A stretch of DNA of 55,773 nt, counting the filler, from Circinaria calcarea (lineage: Eukaryota), in the NCBI GenBank assembly GCA_051942165.1. It is 4 parts of 4 records of this genome, joined end to end, with 100 filler letters (N's around TTAATTAATTAA, not from the genome) between each part and the next. Parts side by side here need not be neighbours in the genome. Positions count along the whole stretch, not along the records: positions 1 to 13,872 come from JAVECS010000469.1; 3 more parts are not named here. One strand, given 5' to 3'. This document shows, one piece after another, positions 1-13,229 of this stretch. The notes under the pieces were generated by a model. It worked only from the letters and a program-made list of their open reading frames with translations. It had not been told where the DNA came from and searched no databases. Each line of letters opens with the position of its first letter. The first letter of the stretch is position 1. A program made the translations under genes and the position numbers.

Positions 1-17
1 CCCCAACCCACGCTACA

Positions 18-1756
18 CTATCCATTCAAAACCCTTCCCCCCTCAACCACCACCCTCTCATCCACCCTCCTGTGCCCCTCGTCCCCTTCAACCCTTTTCC
101 ACGTCTCCACCCTCGCGGCATCCATGTCGAAATCCCAAACCCGCACCCGTCGCCTGTAGCCGCCATAACCCCCGTAACCCCCGAACCCGGATCCGCCCGC
201 ATAGCACATCCACAGTTTCCCGTCAATGCTGTGTTGCGTCTCTTTCGACGGCGCGGAATGGTGTTGGAGGAGACAGTAGTCGTTAACGTGATCGTGACCA
301 CAGGAAATGGCAAAAATGTTATTTTCGATGAGGGCGTCTTTGAAGCCGGAATTGAAGCCCGGTGCGGTGGGGGATTCTGGCGCAGTACCCGAGCCCGGAA
401 TGATTTGGGCCAGGTTTCGGTATTCTGGAAGGGGGATGTGAACGAAAGCCATGTCGAGGTGGTGGTGGGTGTAGTCTTTGTGTGCGGGGCTGGCTTTCAA
501 CCTGGCGGCGGTCTCTTTGAACCAGTCTATCTGGGACTTTTTGAGCCAGTCATAGCCTTTAAAGTGTGCTTCGTCGGGGGAATAGCCATGAGTGTCGAGC
601 AGATAGAGCGTGAGTGCGGAGTGGGTGGATGTTCCACGGGCTAGGACTTCAACGTAATAGTTGCCTACCCCTTCCACGGCAGCAGGACCAGGTTCCGCAA
701 GGGAAAAGGGGAGTGATTGAGTAAGAGACATGAGGGCGCTGCGGGAGAGAGAACCTTCATCGTCGTGGTTGCCAAAGATAATGGCGTAGGGAATGCGGCG
801 CTTTATGAAAAGTTCTGCGAACTTGAACACGGCGGTTTGGGCGTCTGGAGCGGTCTCGCCGTTGACTTGATCACCAGTGAGGACGACAAGATCGGGTTTC
901 TCGCTATCAAGGACCGAACCAACGAATTCAAGAGTACGCGGATCAGCGTCGCAGTGGCCTTTAGGAGAGGGTGGTTCCGGTTCGCGACATGTACCGAGGC
1001 CGGTAGAAAGATGGAGATCGGCGACTTGCAGGATCTTAAACTTGCCATCTTTGCGGACCCGAGGAGTGGATTTAGCGACATCGTGTGGTGGGCCACGGCG
1101 AACACTCAGACGAGGCTCAGGGACGTCCGGGGAGACGCTAAGCATGATTGCCTGGTCCTTGATTTCCCAACCCGGACGAGGTTCGACGGCATCGGCGCCG
1201 AACAAGACATCAACCGCCGTGATGGCTTTCTGCGAATCGGAGGCATGGCGTTTCAGGCTGCGGCGAAGCCAGATCCCCCCGGGGCGCGACTCCCAGCGTT
1301 CAGCACCTTGATCCTTTTCGGACGTGACGGGGTCAAGTCGCCCGATACGGAGGTCGAGGATGACCTTGTCGGTATCGAGTAAGTCCTCTTCACGCTTACG
1401 TTGGACATGGACATAGGCACGAGAGAACCAGCCGCGGTCGAGGTAGAGGTCTTTTTCCACCCGATGCCATACGTCCGGATCGAGACTGCAGGACGAGAGA
1501 AGACTGAGAGTCGAGCACGTTGTGACGGTTACGTCGGTGAGCACGAGGCCAGGATGGTGGTTCGGAAGGTATGTATGGATCTTATTGGGAAGCACGCGAT
1601 ATCGGTTATCGAGAACGAAGACCAAGAGGAGAACGATAAAGGTGAGGCAGGCGAGTTGGATACTGGTCCGAACCTGTCGAGAACATCTTAGCATGGCGGG
1701 CTTGGTTCTTTTTCCGCGGTGTACTAAAAGACAGTACTCACTATCCTCCGAGTCAT
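18..1756 (-). CDS. DCR2: Dcr2-like calcineurin-type metallophosphoesterase with N-terminal membrane anchor; 2 exons (1756-1742, 1673-18)
   Basis: Motifs ADLH, TGDQVN, FGNHD, FVHIPLPEY, CGHDHVND and GGSGFGGYGGYGG are present. The spliced start MTRRI|VRTSIQL uses intron 1741-1674 (GTGAGT...CTAAG...CAG), so the ORF-track N-terminal extension is probably not translated. Confidence 0.88.
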
Positions 1757-2620
1757 GGCGAAGGGAGGCGAGTTGGGAGAGTTGGGACAGAGAGCTCCCC
1801 TTGCTTACGGGCCTGTCTGCATTGGGACCACGAAAATGGACGTACGACGTTCTGGTACATGGCCATCCGCAATCACGACATGGCTGCGGATATGTGTAGA
1901 GGTGAGGGCCGGCCACTCTCTGATGAGGTGTAGATAACTTTCCCTTTCGACGGTGCTGTCCATACCACTAAGCTTCATCAGCCTTATGACCGAGCCTACC
2001 GTACGTGCCAACGAAATCCGGGGTAAGGCGGGTCCGGGGTTCGGCCCTACAAGCCAGCACTTCGGCAGTAACTGTCAGATTGCTAAGCACCGGGCCAGTA
2101 TCTGCTTGTCAATGAACAGAGGAACTCACTTCGATCTGGACGAGGGCAGACGGATGGAATAGATGGGGAAAGAGAGGCCGGGATTTCGCTGCACCTGCTA
2201 CAAGCCACGTGCGATCGCCTGTGTACTACCATATAGGGGCGGGGACGATGGCGCATTCTTGGGAGTGAGTTGAGCCCTTGTACTCCGAATCCTCATCAAT
2301 ACCAACCTTTCCCTTCTGATACAACGGACGCATGTATATTGTAGCAAGTCGCGATTTCATACAAGGAGCTTCCATCAGCCTTTACCGTCCTAAAGCTGGT
2401 ACATGCAACGTTCCCCAGGATAGAGGTACTTTGATAAATTGACAGGTGGTAAACATGGGTATCTAACTCCGCCCAGATGTATAGCTGGTCCTCTAGGAAA
2501 CGGTATTCCACTAAATGATATGTGGGAAACCTCCAACATCATTGACCGCCGCTTACCGTATCCGACGCCCGCTCGGTCCTCAATTAGCCATGTAGTATTG
2601 CACAGGGCATAATCCCGCGA

Positions 2621-4270
2621 TTACAAGGGCGCCAATCTTTCTCGCATTGCATCTGCAATCCCTCCATCTATTCCTGTCGATCCTCCCTTCTTTTGATCTA
2701 GCAAGGGTATGGCTTCAAAGCTCGAGGACCTCCGAGGACCAACGAGACCTTCCTCGACTCCAGGATTCGCCGCCTGCGAAGTCATCACTCCATCATCTCC
2801 TTTAAGGTTCCCCGTCATCTCAGGACTTATCTGCCATTTGGCAACGTCCTTTCTCAACTGCTCCAGTTCATTTTGAAATCGTTTGCCAAAAACATCGATG
2901 TAATACGTGGCACCATTGTAGATGCTCCACACGAACATTGACAGCAAGAAAACCGCGCTGGGCCACCGATACCAAAACCAAAGCGGACACGGTAACATTG
3001 TTCCCAAAGCATAGCAATACTGCACCAGCATGAAGGCCGTTTCATGCAAACTTGCGGGAAGGCTGAGTACAAGACGACCAATCCAACTCTTGCCGTAGGA
3101 CTTACGTAGCCACGTGAAACTCGTTGGTCGTCCGGCAGCTATTTTCTCACGGCGTCGAACGGTAATGAGGAAGTGGTACGAAAGCTGCCATACCGCATAA
3201 GGAACGGTAGCCCATATCATCATTGCCCATAGTGAGTAGTGTTCCGGGCTCGTGAGTGGACTATACCGGATCGCATAGATTGCAGGGAAGCGTTCCTTCT
3301 GAAAGGCGGGATCTGTGAGGTGGACTAGGCAATGTAGGGTGATCGGGGGCATTATGTGGATGAAGAGACTGCATGTCCTGGTCAGGAAGCTGATGGGCGT
3401 AAAATGTGACACAAAATGCTGGACTCACCTGGTGACTTTATCTAAGGAATGAAATACCAGAGAGTTCCTCCACATGGCTATCGCTACTGCATTGTTGCCG
3501 TAGGCTAAACAGTATGTACTGATGAATAATCTTTTTGATTGAGGCGCAACCCATACTGTCAACAACATCAAAAAATTGACGAAGTAACAGAGGTCTGCCA
3601 GAAAATAGTGATAGCCTCTCTGATGATAGGTGTAGAATCGTATAGGCATGAAGTACAGCAACTGCACTGTGAACCAGTAGTAAAAGTGTTCTGGATGCGC
3701 CCCGATAAGGTAGCCACTAATGAAGATATTGAGCACGCCCGCAATGAACGAGAGCTTTTCCCGAGCTGTTACCGCTTTCGTGTCATTCCATCGGGTACCA
3801 AGCCGATCTACTGAATCTCTCATCCGCTTCCGGTATTTTTCAAGCTGTTCCTCAGGCGGTGGCAATCTCCTACGCCACTCTTCTACCACCCTATCCTTTG
3901 CGTTGATACCAGAAGACTTTATCTTCTCCCGTTGCCGGCGAACCTTTTCCGTTTGCGCCGTCAACGTGTTCTGCCATTTCTCCAGCCGCTGCGGTAAAGC
4001 AAGATTGTCGAGTAAATCAAAGACGGTGATCCGATCCAAAGGTGGGAATAACTCCCAGTCTTCTTGGTATGAGCTGCTGTTCGAAAATGACGGATTTCGG
4101 GATATGAAGCCCGGGGTGGGAGGAAATGTGAGTGACGGGGTTTTGACCCCTGGGGGAGTCAAGGCGCCTGCAGAATCCGATGATTTGCTGGAGTCACTGT
4201 TGGGTACCTCTGGGAGAAGGGTTGGGTCGGCAAGGGAGGTAGTTCTGGGTATATCTATAGGCTCTGACAT
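2621..4270 (-). CDS. GPC1: Glycerophosphocholine acyltransferase Gpc1 (DUF2838 family); 2 exons
   Basis: Multi-TM protein with HYFLADLCYFVN, AIAMWRNSLVFHSLDKVT|SLFIH and YNGATYYIDVFG. Intron 3428-3369 (GTGAGT...CAG) joins ORFs 3425-4435 and 2621-3412. The start at MSEPIDIP is inferred. Confidence 0.85.
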
Positions 4271-4903
4271 ATTGCGAGCGTGATGATGAAGCTTGGCCAG
4301 CCCGGACGGTCGGGAATCAAAGGACTCTGATCGAGAGCCAAACCGTTGAAGGGCGAGGACTACCATGTCGTCAGTCGTGGCTTCGTCAAAGCTGTCCTCC
4401 CTATAGGCTTCCACATGACCAGAGATCGAAGACAAGAAGGAGGGGGGTTCTCAAGACGATAGTTGGAGAAGAGCGTGTGTACACTCACATCAACAGTCCA
4501 TAGTATTCAGAGCGGAAACATGGTCATGGGGTTTATCTTGAAGAATTAGCTTGGAATGTACAGTGTAGCACTGCAAAGACCGGGTACCCCGCGTGTAGTG
4601 GCTATCAGATGTGGAATCCTTATCGTCGGCGTCTGACATGAGGCATGTGGGGGATATTCGTATCCTCCAGACTGTCCAGATGTACGAGCAGCATCAAATC
4701 GCCGAGGTCGTGGCCGAACGTGGGAACTTGGTTCGCTGATTTCGAGGTTCCAGCCCTACGGTTCAGCAGGGATGCTTGACATCGGCTAATTTATTTCGAA
4801 CTGCGGACGCGACTTGAATCACGTCGTTGAATGTTGTCCCAGCGAACATCGCACCTTACAGCGGAAAGCGCAATCAGTCACACATGGGGAGGTAGACGCC
4901 ACA

Positions 4904-7900
4904 ATGGGAAAATTGATCAGACTCGAGCTTTACAGTCAGTGCGCACCAAAAACGGATCCGATTTCGAGCAAACTGTTAACCAAGATCCAGACTTCAAATC
5001 CTACAAAGGTCACCATACGCTCCTCTTTGGCGACTCATACTTCACCTCAATCATCGGCCCCAATGGCTCTGGAAAGTCCAACTCGTACGCAATCCGCGCA
5101 ACTTCCTTTGCGCCGATACTAGATTACTGATACTTCAGTCCTTAGCATGGATGCGATATCGTTCGTCTTGGGTATTAAATCGTCCCACCTTCGCTCTTCG
5201 CATTTACGGGACTTGGTCTACCGGGGACGTGTGCTTCGTACTTCCAAAATAAATGGCGATGGCTCGGCGACGAAGAATGGTGCGAACGGTCATGGCGAAG
5301 AAGGCATAGACGACGAAGGGAATGAGGATGATACTCAGGGTAGCCTACAAGGTCGGAATGATCCCAAGAGCGCTTCCGTCATGGCAGTGTATGAGGATGA
5401 CGCAGGCGATGAGCAATCGTGGAAGCGCACCATCACCAACCAGGGTGCAAGCGAATACCGCATCAATAATCGCATTGTCACTGCACAGCAATACAACGAA
5501 GCTCTAGAGGCAGAAAATATATTGATCAAAGCGCGGAACTTCCTCGTTTTCCAAGGAGATGTCGAGGCAATCGCTTCACAATCTCCCAAAGATCTGGCAC
5601 GACTTATTGAACAAATATCTGGGAGTCTCGAGTACAAAGCCGAGTATGAGAGACGCAAGGAGACCCAGGAAGAGGCGCTCGAAAATCAAAACTTCAATCT
5701 CAACAGACGAAGGGGTATCAATTCGGAGATCAAACAATATCAAGAGCAGAAGCGCGAAGCTGATAGTTACTCGAACAAAGCCGACCAGAGAGACCAAGCT
5801 ATCGTGACTCATATTTTATGGAAATTGTACCACTTGCAGAAGATAATAGAAGAGTCCGGCGTGGAGATCCAGAGGCATCAGGAAGAGCTTAAGGAACATC
5901 GCCGTGGTATCAGTAAATACGAACACAGCCTTGAGGAGGCAAAGAAGGACCAGGCCAGAGTCGGGAGGGATGTCGGGAAAGCCGAGCGGGGTATCAAGCG
6001 GAAGGAGAAGGACATCGAGGAAAAAGAAAACAGCCTTGTGCCGATTACGGAGAAGATTGGTCTCACAAATGAGCACCTGAAGAGAGCTAGAGCACGGATC
6101 GCAGAAATCACAAGAGAACGCGATAGCAGATCGGAAACCATCAGACGTCTAAAAAAGGACCTCAAGGTGGTGGAGAAAGCTGAGTCACAATGGGAAGAAG
6201 AGCGAAAAAGATTGGGCGAGCAAGAGGGCCGTATCTTAAGCGAGGCAGATCTCCAGGAATACAATAGGCTTAGGGAAGAAGTAAACAAACGAAGTTCTGA
6301 CGATCAAATCAAAGCCGATAACCTTACTCGTCAGCTCAGAGCCGATCAGGAGACGGTGAAAAGCCTCGAGAGCAAGGTGGAGTCGATTGGAAGTCAAATC
6401 AGCAAACTCGAAGACGACCTCCGCGACATTGGTCAACACCAAGCCAGTGCTAGCGGCACGATAAACCAGACCATGCACGACATTGAGGCCAAGAAGAAGG
6501 ATATGAATGGCTTAACCTCAGAGCGCCTACGTCTTGCCCAACTGAGAACCGAACTTGATGAGAAACTGCAAGAGGTTCTAAACAGACTGCTTGAAGCTGA
6601 GGACGGCAGAAAGCAGAGCGACAAAGAAACCCGCGTGAAGGCCACCATGTCAGACATGAAGCGCTTATTCCCGGGAGTCAAGGGTAGAGTTAGTGAGTTG
6701 TGCAAACCCAAGCAGAAGAAATACGGGGAAGCGGTCAGTACAATGCTCGGTCGTATGTTCGACGCCGTTGTTGTCGACGATGAGAAGACCGGTAGAGAAT
6801 GCATCCAGTGGCTACGTGAACAGAGACGAGCTCCGATGACATTTCTCCCACTGGACACGATACAAGTCAAGCCTATAAATTCCAGTCTCAAAGGCATGCA
6901 TCGCGGAACACGGATGGCTATTGACACAATCGATTTTGACAAGAGTGTAGACCGTGTCATGTCATCTGTGTGTGGAAACACCATTGTGTGCGACGATCTC
7001 GCCACCGCCAAATTCATGTGCTACGAAAAAGGGGTCGAAGCGAAAGCCGTTACCCTTGATGGTACTGTGATTCATAAAGGAGGCTTGATGACTGGTGGTA
7101 GGGGCCGAGACCAGAATGCCAGGCGGTGGGAGGATACGGAGGTTGATAATCTTCGGAAACTGGCTGAAAAGCTAAGGAGTGAATTGGCAGCTCTTCCTGA
7201 AGGTCGTCGAAATGCTACTGAAGAGGAGACCCTGCAAGGCGAACTGACAGGGCTTGAACAAAAGTTGACCTACGCTAAGGATGAAGCGAAAGCGCACGAA
7301 CAAAACCTGCTGAGTAAGCAGAGAGAATTAGCGCACGCCCAGCGAGAGTTGGCAGAGGTCCGGCCAAAGTACGAAGAGAAATATCAAGACCTCGAAAGTC
7401 TGAAGGCCAACCTAGAGTCGTTCCGCAATGCTATATACGAGGTAGAAGATGAGGTCTTTGCCGCCTTCTGCCACCGCCTACAATACGAAAACATTCGAGT
7501 TTACGAAGCTCATCAGGGGTTACTGCAGCAGGAAAGCGCTCAAAAGAAGCTCGAGTTCCGCCAGCAGCGGAGCAAGCTCGAAAGCAGGATAAGCTTCGAG
7601 AAGCAGCAACTACAAGAGATACAAAATCGGATCGGGACCCTGGAAGTTCGTGTTCAGCAAGATGAGTCACTGGTTGCTGAACTCGAGACTGAGAAGGAAA
7701 ATGCTTCGAGCGACCTCAATACCTTGACTGCTGAACTTGAACAGCTCAACGAGCAGCTGAAGGAGCAACAGTCTAAATATGCTAGCAAAGCCGAAAAAGT
7801 AGCAGAACAACGACGAGAGGTGCAAAAGCGGAGTAAGCATGTTGATAGCACGGTAAAAGCCATAAGTAGTCTCGAAGCCGAGACACAACGCTACTCCGCT

Positions 7901-8990
7901 GACAGATACGCGATCCTACGGCGGTGTAAACTTGAGGATATAACCATTCCGCTTACTGACGACTCAAAGGGCTTGGATCAGCTTCCTATTGATGGTGCAT
8001 TACCTGCCGATCCGGATGCGATGGATGTGGATGAAGACCAAGACATGAGTAGTCTACAACCTGTGACAGTTGAGGACTATGGCATACAGGTCGATTTTGA
8101 GGATCTCGACGAAGATCTTAAAGAGGTATGCGTTCGGCCCGGGTAGTTTGCGTCGGGTGCAAAGGCCCCACAGAGCTTCTACTGATGAGACTCTCTAGAA
8201 TTCTGACGACAAGCTTGATGATGAACTACAAGGTAAAATTACTACTCTCGATGACGAACTGAAGCAGATGGCACCAAACATGCGGGCTATCGAGCGTCTC
8301 GAAGGAGTAGAAAGCCGACTCAAAACCACGGAAAAGGACTTTGAAGACGCCAGAAAACGGGCGAAGAAGGCAAAGGAGGATTTCGAAGAAATCAAAGAAA
8401 AGCGCTTTGATCTTTTTAATAAAGCTTTTGCCCATATCTCCGAACAAATTGGTCCTATCTATAAGGAGCTAACTAAGAGTGCATCATTGCCGATGGGCGG
8501 CCAAGCGTAAATGACACCATTCACTGCTTTCTCCAATGCTAAGCTCATTCAGGTATCTTGATATTGAAGACTCTGATGGATCCTACCTGGATGGCATCAG
8601 ATATCACGCAACGCCGCCGCTGAAGCGATTTCGTGATATGGAACACCTCTCTGGTGGTGAGAAGACAATGGCGGCCTTGGCTCTGCTTTTCGCAATTCAC
8701 AGCTATCAACCGTCTCCCTTCTTTGTTCTCGATGAAGTCGATGCTGCACTAGACAATGCGAACGTCGCCAAGATAGCCAACTACATTCGTGATCACGCTG
8801 GTCCTGGAATGCAGTTTATAGTTATCAGCTTGAAAACTGGACTCTTCCAGGGGAGTGAAGCTCTTGTTGGCATCTACAGAGATCAAGGAGCAAACACAAG
8901 CAAAGCCTTGACCTTGGATGTAAGCTCCACTCCCGAATTTATTCTCCTGTTCAAAACGTTAATCGTGACCAGCTACGCAAATATCAGTAG
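4904..8990 (+). CDS. SMC1: Cohesin subunit Smc1; 6 exons
   Basis: Begins MGKLIRLELYNFKSY, with Walker A GPNGSGKSN, long coiled coils, hinge (AVTLDGTVIHKGGLMTGG), signature LSGGEK and Walker B FFVLDEVDAALD. Introns lie near 4935-4990, 5086-5145, 8126-8198, 8507-8553 and 8920-8972. It ends LRKYQ*. Confidence 0.97.
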
Positions 8991-10864
8991 TTCCAGAGGC
9001 TGCGTGACAAAGAACTTATTGGGAAACTTCAAATTAAAAACATTGATCATTTCAAGTTGACGCACTTATGCGTGTTCACCGGTAAGACATGGGAGGGTCA
9101 CCGCCTCCTACCGACATAAGGTATTATTCTAACCTATGACTAAAACCATTGTTCGGAGCTCAATGTCCTAAGCTCTCGGCTGCTCGGTTTGTCTAATTTC
9201 TTGTGTCTGGTATTAACCCTGCAATGGCTTTGATGGATGCTGAGACTTGGTTATGCCCAGATAATTGTAACATCGGGATTATGGTTTCCGACTGGGCTTC
9301 TCTCGGGAGATATGATCACAGAAGTTGGATGGCTTTTCCAAGGCTCGCGAAGGCTTGCTACTGCAGCGACGGACTGGATAGGGGTCCGCAAACGTTCTCA
9401 TCGGGCTTCTGACAATTCGATGTGCTAGAGACTATCATGAAACCCCACACCTCTCAGTGGTCTCCTCTGGACTTTGATTAAAGTGTGTAGCTACTGCTGC
9501 ATCGGCTTGTCATCCTCCGGTGACTAACTCTAGCCAGCCCCGACTCGAATGATCAACTCTCCCAGCTGATGCCAACTTCCATCCCATAGCTCCGCGTTGT
9601 TGGCGACTTCACCGCCACCACTTTCTCTTGACCTCCTAAACTTTCCCATTATTCCCTTACTCCGCATTTCCGCTAGCAGACCCAGTATTAAAGCAGCCAC
9701 AGGTTCTACTGATTGCTCCAGTCGTCCAATGACTCCCGGTTTCGTTTGTCCTTTGGAGGGAGTTTAGCCTTCTACAGGATTAAATGAGCTGCATTGCGAA
9801 GATGACAGTGCGTGCTGTATTGGGATTTGAAAAAGATACTCAAGCTCAGTATTGCAATCTTCTCCCTCACCCTCGTGCCGCACCATTAAAGCCTAGTGAA
9901 TTTCATAGTAGCTTTTTGTCGCTATTCATCTATACCAGCGCAGTACCTTTAAAGAAGAGAACAGTTCTTGGTGAGTTTGAATATACTAACTAACAAGACC
10001 GGCTATAGGCCCCACACAGACAATATGGATCCGGAGAGAAGACTATCACGAACGCAGCCATAGCACTCTGAAGACTACTACCTGGTAAGGTTATCGGCTT
10101 TATGTCGATATGCCTGGCTGCCTGCCAATGGCGGTTTTCGACTAATACCACGAGCAAAAGAAACCGGTTCAAGCGCATGTGGGCCAAGACATTTGCCATC
10201 ACCAGTCCAGTCTGTCAGTAGTCAGAGATCGTCGTTGAGTCTCGACATAGGTACTCACAGAGCTTCTCCAGGCGTCACGTCCCGAGGTTGAGTGGTTTGA
10301 GTAGTTTGGATTCGGACTAGATACTAAATTTAGGGACAAGCTTCGAAATAGACATATGAACCGCTTTCTGATGCAGTCGAGAAACAACTAATGACTGCGA
10401 TGTACCAAGGTTGAGTATGTCAAGGCGCTTCGTTATTTGCTGAGCTGCTTATGTAGCGAGGCTTTATAACTAGTTCCTGTTCGAGGAGCGTCAGCGCCTG
10501 ATGTGTCAGTGTGAACTCTGATTCCGTATAAGCTATGTAGTCAACATATGAATTTTCTGAGCTCTCTTGGTATATATATGAGCAGGTCCTTCTGCAGTAT
10601 ATTCTTTCTTCACCCAGACATTTCTGAATTGTTCAAAGTATACGGACTGCAGCCTACTTCCAGCACTTCCTTGCACTTACACAAACACAAACAACAACTT
10701 CAGCACCTTCACTCACTGTCTAACTTTTACCAGACGATATCACTACCTCAATCCAACCTACCTTATAGTATCTCTGTATACTTAACTTAGTACGATCCCT
10801 TCTCTTCTTACTCCATAACATATTACCATATACTAAACGAACTACCCTAATTAACATCATCATC

Positions 10865-11968
10865 ATGTCTATCCAAAACATGACATATACTAACGCGGCA
10901 ATCCCCTTTTTCGGTATCGAGCCAAAGATGCACATGCGTGATTGGCTCAAGTCCCAGGGTATTCCATCTGGCCAGCCCAATGCGGAGGTGGTTTATCAAG
11001 GGTACTATGAGATGTATGTCCAGGACCACAAGGAGAGATGCTTCGCCGCCATCCAGCAGCGGTTCCCTTCCCGGAACAGGCAAGGGATCAAGGGAGAATA
11101 TGAGCGGGCTAGAAATGCGGGAGAGTTGCAGTACCTAAATATTGACCCGAGCAGGCACTCGCGTATCCAGCAAAGGCCCGTTCAAAAACTCCGTCAATCT
11201 CGGAGGGCAGTCAATCCGCAGGCTCAAGGGCCACTTTTCCAGATTCCGGGAGCGGCCAGCAGGGCTGTTTCCATAGTCAATCCGGAGACAAGGACCACCG
11301 TCTCGGTCCCCAGGGCCAGCGTACCAGTCGCAGTCGAGATCCCCGAGACCGGTGCTCCTGTCACCCTTCTCGACCGCCATCACCTTCCTCCGGCTCTACC
11401 TGCGTTGGTCACCATGGCCAATGGTAGCACGCCTTGGCCGGTCTTTCGCTCCTTCGACACCGTTTCGAGATGGGTCCAGAATGGCTCAGTCACGCCATCA
11501 ATTTATGCGAGTTGGAACCATGCCTCGCCGGAAACCGAAGCGACCAACGGCAGCAACACCTCTCGCACCTCCTCAAGGTCGTCTCCACCGTCGAGGTATA
11601 GGGCTCCGGTGCCAATGTGGAATCTAGCTGCCTCGATATGGGATAGCTCGAAGCGTGCCGCCTCGCCGGTTCCGGCATGGCGCGATCCCCGTACCGTCCG
11701 CGGTTCGAAGGAGTGGCGCGACTACTGCATCGAGGTATTCGTCGACTGCGCACGGGAAAATGGGACAGGTAAGCTCTGGTACTCGGAGGAACGACGCTTA
11801 CCAGTAGCTTATCACATGCTGGCCTGCCGTAAAGGTGATAAGAAGGGCATACGGGAGCCTCCCGAGGAGTGGTTGGAGGATGTCAATGACGAGAAGGCGG
11901 TAGCGGAGTGGTGGGAACGTGTTTGGCCCGGTTGGAGGCAGGAATTCCCAGAGTGGAGCAGTCTTTAG
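10865..11968 (+). CDS. Hypothetical protein, 367 aa, intronless, no family recognised
   Basis: Long ATG-initiated ORF (CATCATG context) with an upstream TATATATA box at about 10571 and a C/A-rich leader. It has a P/S/R-rich middle and a Trp-rich C-terminal domain. Confidence 0.6.
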   Translation: MSIQNMTYTNAAIPFFGIEPKMHMRDWLKSQGIPSGQPNAEVVYQGYYEMYVQDHKERCFAAIQQRFPSRNRQGIKGEYERARNAGELQYLNIDPSRHSRIQQRPVQKLRQSRRAVNPQAQGPLFQIPGAASRAVSIVNPETRTTVSVPRASVPVAVEIPETGAPVTLLDRHHLPPALPALVTMANGSTPWPVFRSFDTVSRWVQNGSVTPSIYASWNHASPETEATNGSNTSRTSSRSSPPSRYRAPVPMWNLAASIWDSSKRAASPVPAWRDPRTVRGSKEWRDYCIEVFVDCARENGTGKLWYSEERRLPVAYHMLACRKGDKKGIREPPEEWLEDVNDEKAVAEWWERVWPGWRQEFPEWSSL

Positions 11969-12050
11969 TTGCTTCCTGGCGTTTACTTGGATTTATGCCG
12001 CGTTTTCGATCAATACCGTGCTTTAATCCAAAAAAATATTATTTACTTCT

Positions 12051-12146
12051 AGTAATTCATTTCCAGTAATTCATTTCAAGTAATTCACTTCAAGTAACTC
12101 ACTTCAGAATAATTCAATTCAAAGTAATTCAATTCAAGTAATTCAC
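12051..12146. repeat. Minisatellite, about 7 copies of a 14-bp unit AGTAATTCAHTTCA
   Basis: Units read directly: agtaattcatttcc, agtaattcatttca, agtaattcacttca, agtaactcacttca, gaataattcaattca, aagtaattcaattca, agtaattcac. Confidence 0.9.
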
Positions 12147-13229
12147 CCCGTAGCTGTCGTAGTAGGGGTTGATCTCGCTTACTCATCCTTGGACGTAGAG
12201 TAATCGGGAGAACAGCAGCTTTTTCACCTTCTTATATATATGACTCTGGCCCCACCTCATCGGTGTTTTTTACTGCTTCGGAACGCAACAATGCGCATAT
12301 GCAGCAAGGATCATTATGTTCGTGCAACCGGGACCACTTGCATTCATATAATACTCGCGTTCGAGGAGATTAGTGTCATTACACAGATTACCAAAGATGG
12401 AAGACATTCCTTCAAACATACGGCTGACAAGTTTGATAATCTACAAACTGTCTCTGCTCATGTTCATGTTGATAAATCACAGATCTGTAGAATGTTCGGT
12501 GAGGTTTTGAATTCTCCACCACAATACCACTTTTCGACCACTTCCCTTCTTCACCCGGCTCTGCCCAAACGTCCATGAGCTTTCTTTGGTTTTGATACTG
12601 AACGGTCTAAGCTGCCAATTCAACCTAATACATGCCTATCACCCTGTTTGCCCATTTTGGCTGTACTACCAGCAGCGAAGTGTCGAGATACACTGACTGC
12701 TTCTAACAGGATATGAAAAAGGTTAACGGTTTGACTAACGGAGACTGTCTTGCAACGCTGAGCCCTAAATGTCTTTTCCCCTGTCCAAGTTTATTCCTCA
12801 ATTATACATTATGATATTGTCCCTAGGACTTTCATACCTAGCGCCCATACCGAGATTATAACTACGTCTGCTATCTATTCCCGGAGCTAAGTATTGGCCC
12901 GGCTTGATTCTGCTGTGTTTTCTGTTGTTCTTCAGTTTCTGTCCTTAGGCTGAGATTATGGTTTCGTCTGGCAGTAAACTTGGTACTCTCGAACCTGTCT
13001 CCTATCTCTAGAGCATTGTGTATTCGACTGTCTCATTTCAGCAGCTCGACCACCGTGTATGCGGCCCTAACTCAGTTGATATGTAAACTCCCTAGGAACC
13101 CCAAGGTATAAGTATGGGAGCTCGCTCCCCATTAATAACCACTGCACCAGAACATCTTTTACATTCATCAAATACTTCCTTACTAAACTACAACGCACCG
13201 CACAGCTTACCATACACCATCCACGGATA

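Noticed and set aside
72..1382. Long antisense ORFs over DCR2 (similar ones over GPC1, SMC1, NBP35, cnxE and the kinase)
   Set aside because: These are shadow frames of codon-biased genes with no recognisable motifs.
1757..1916. N-terminal extension of the 632-aa DCR2 ORF
   Set aside because: A canonical intron and the MTRRI start at 1756 explain the gene; the extension is read-through of intron and leader.
12051..12146. Possible CRISPR-like array
   Set aside because: Units are contiguous 14-mers with no unique spacers, the context is eukaryotic and there are no cas genes.
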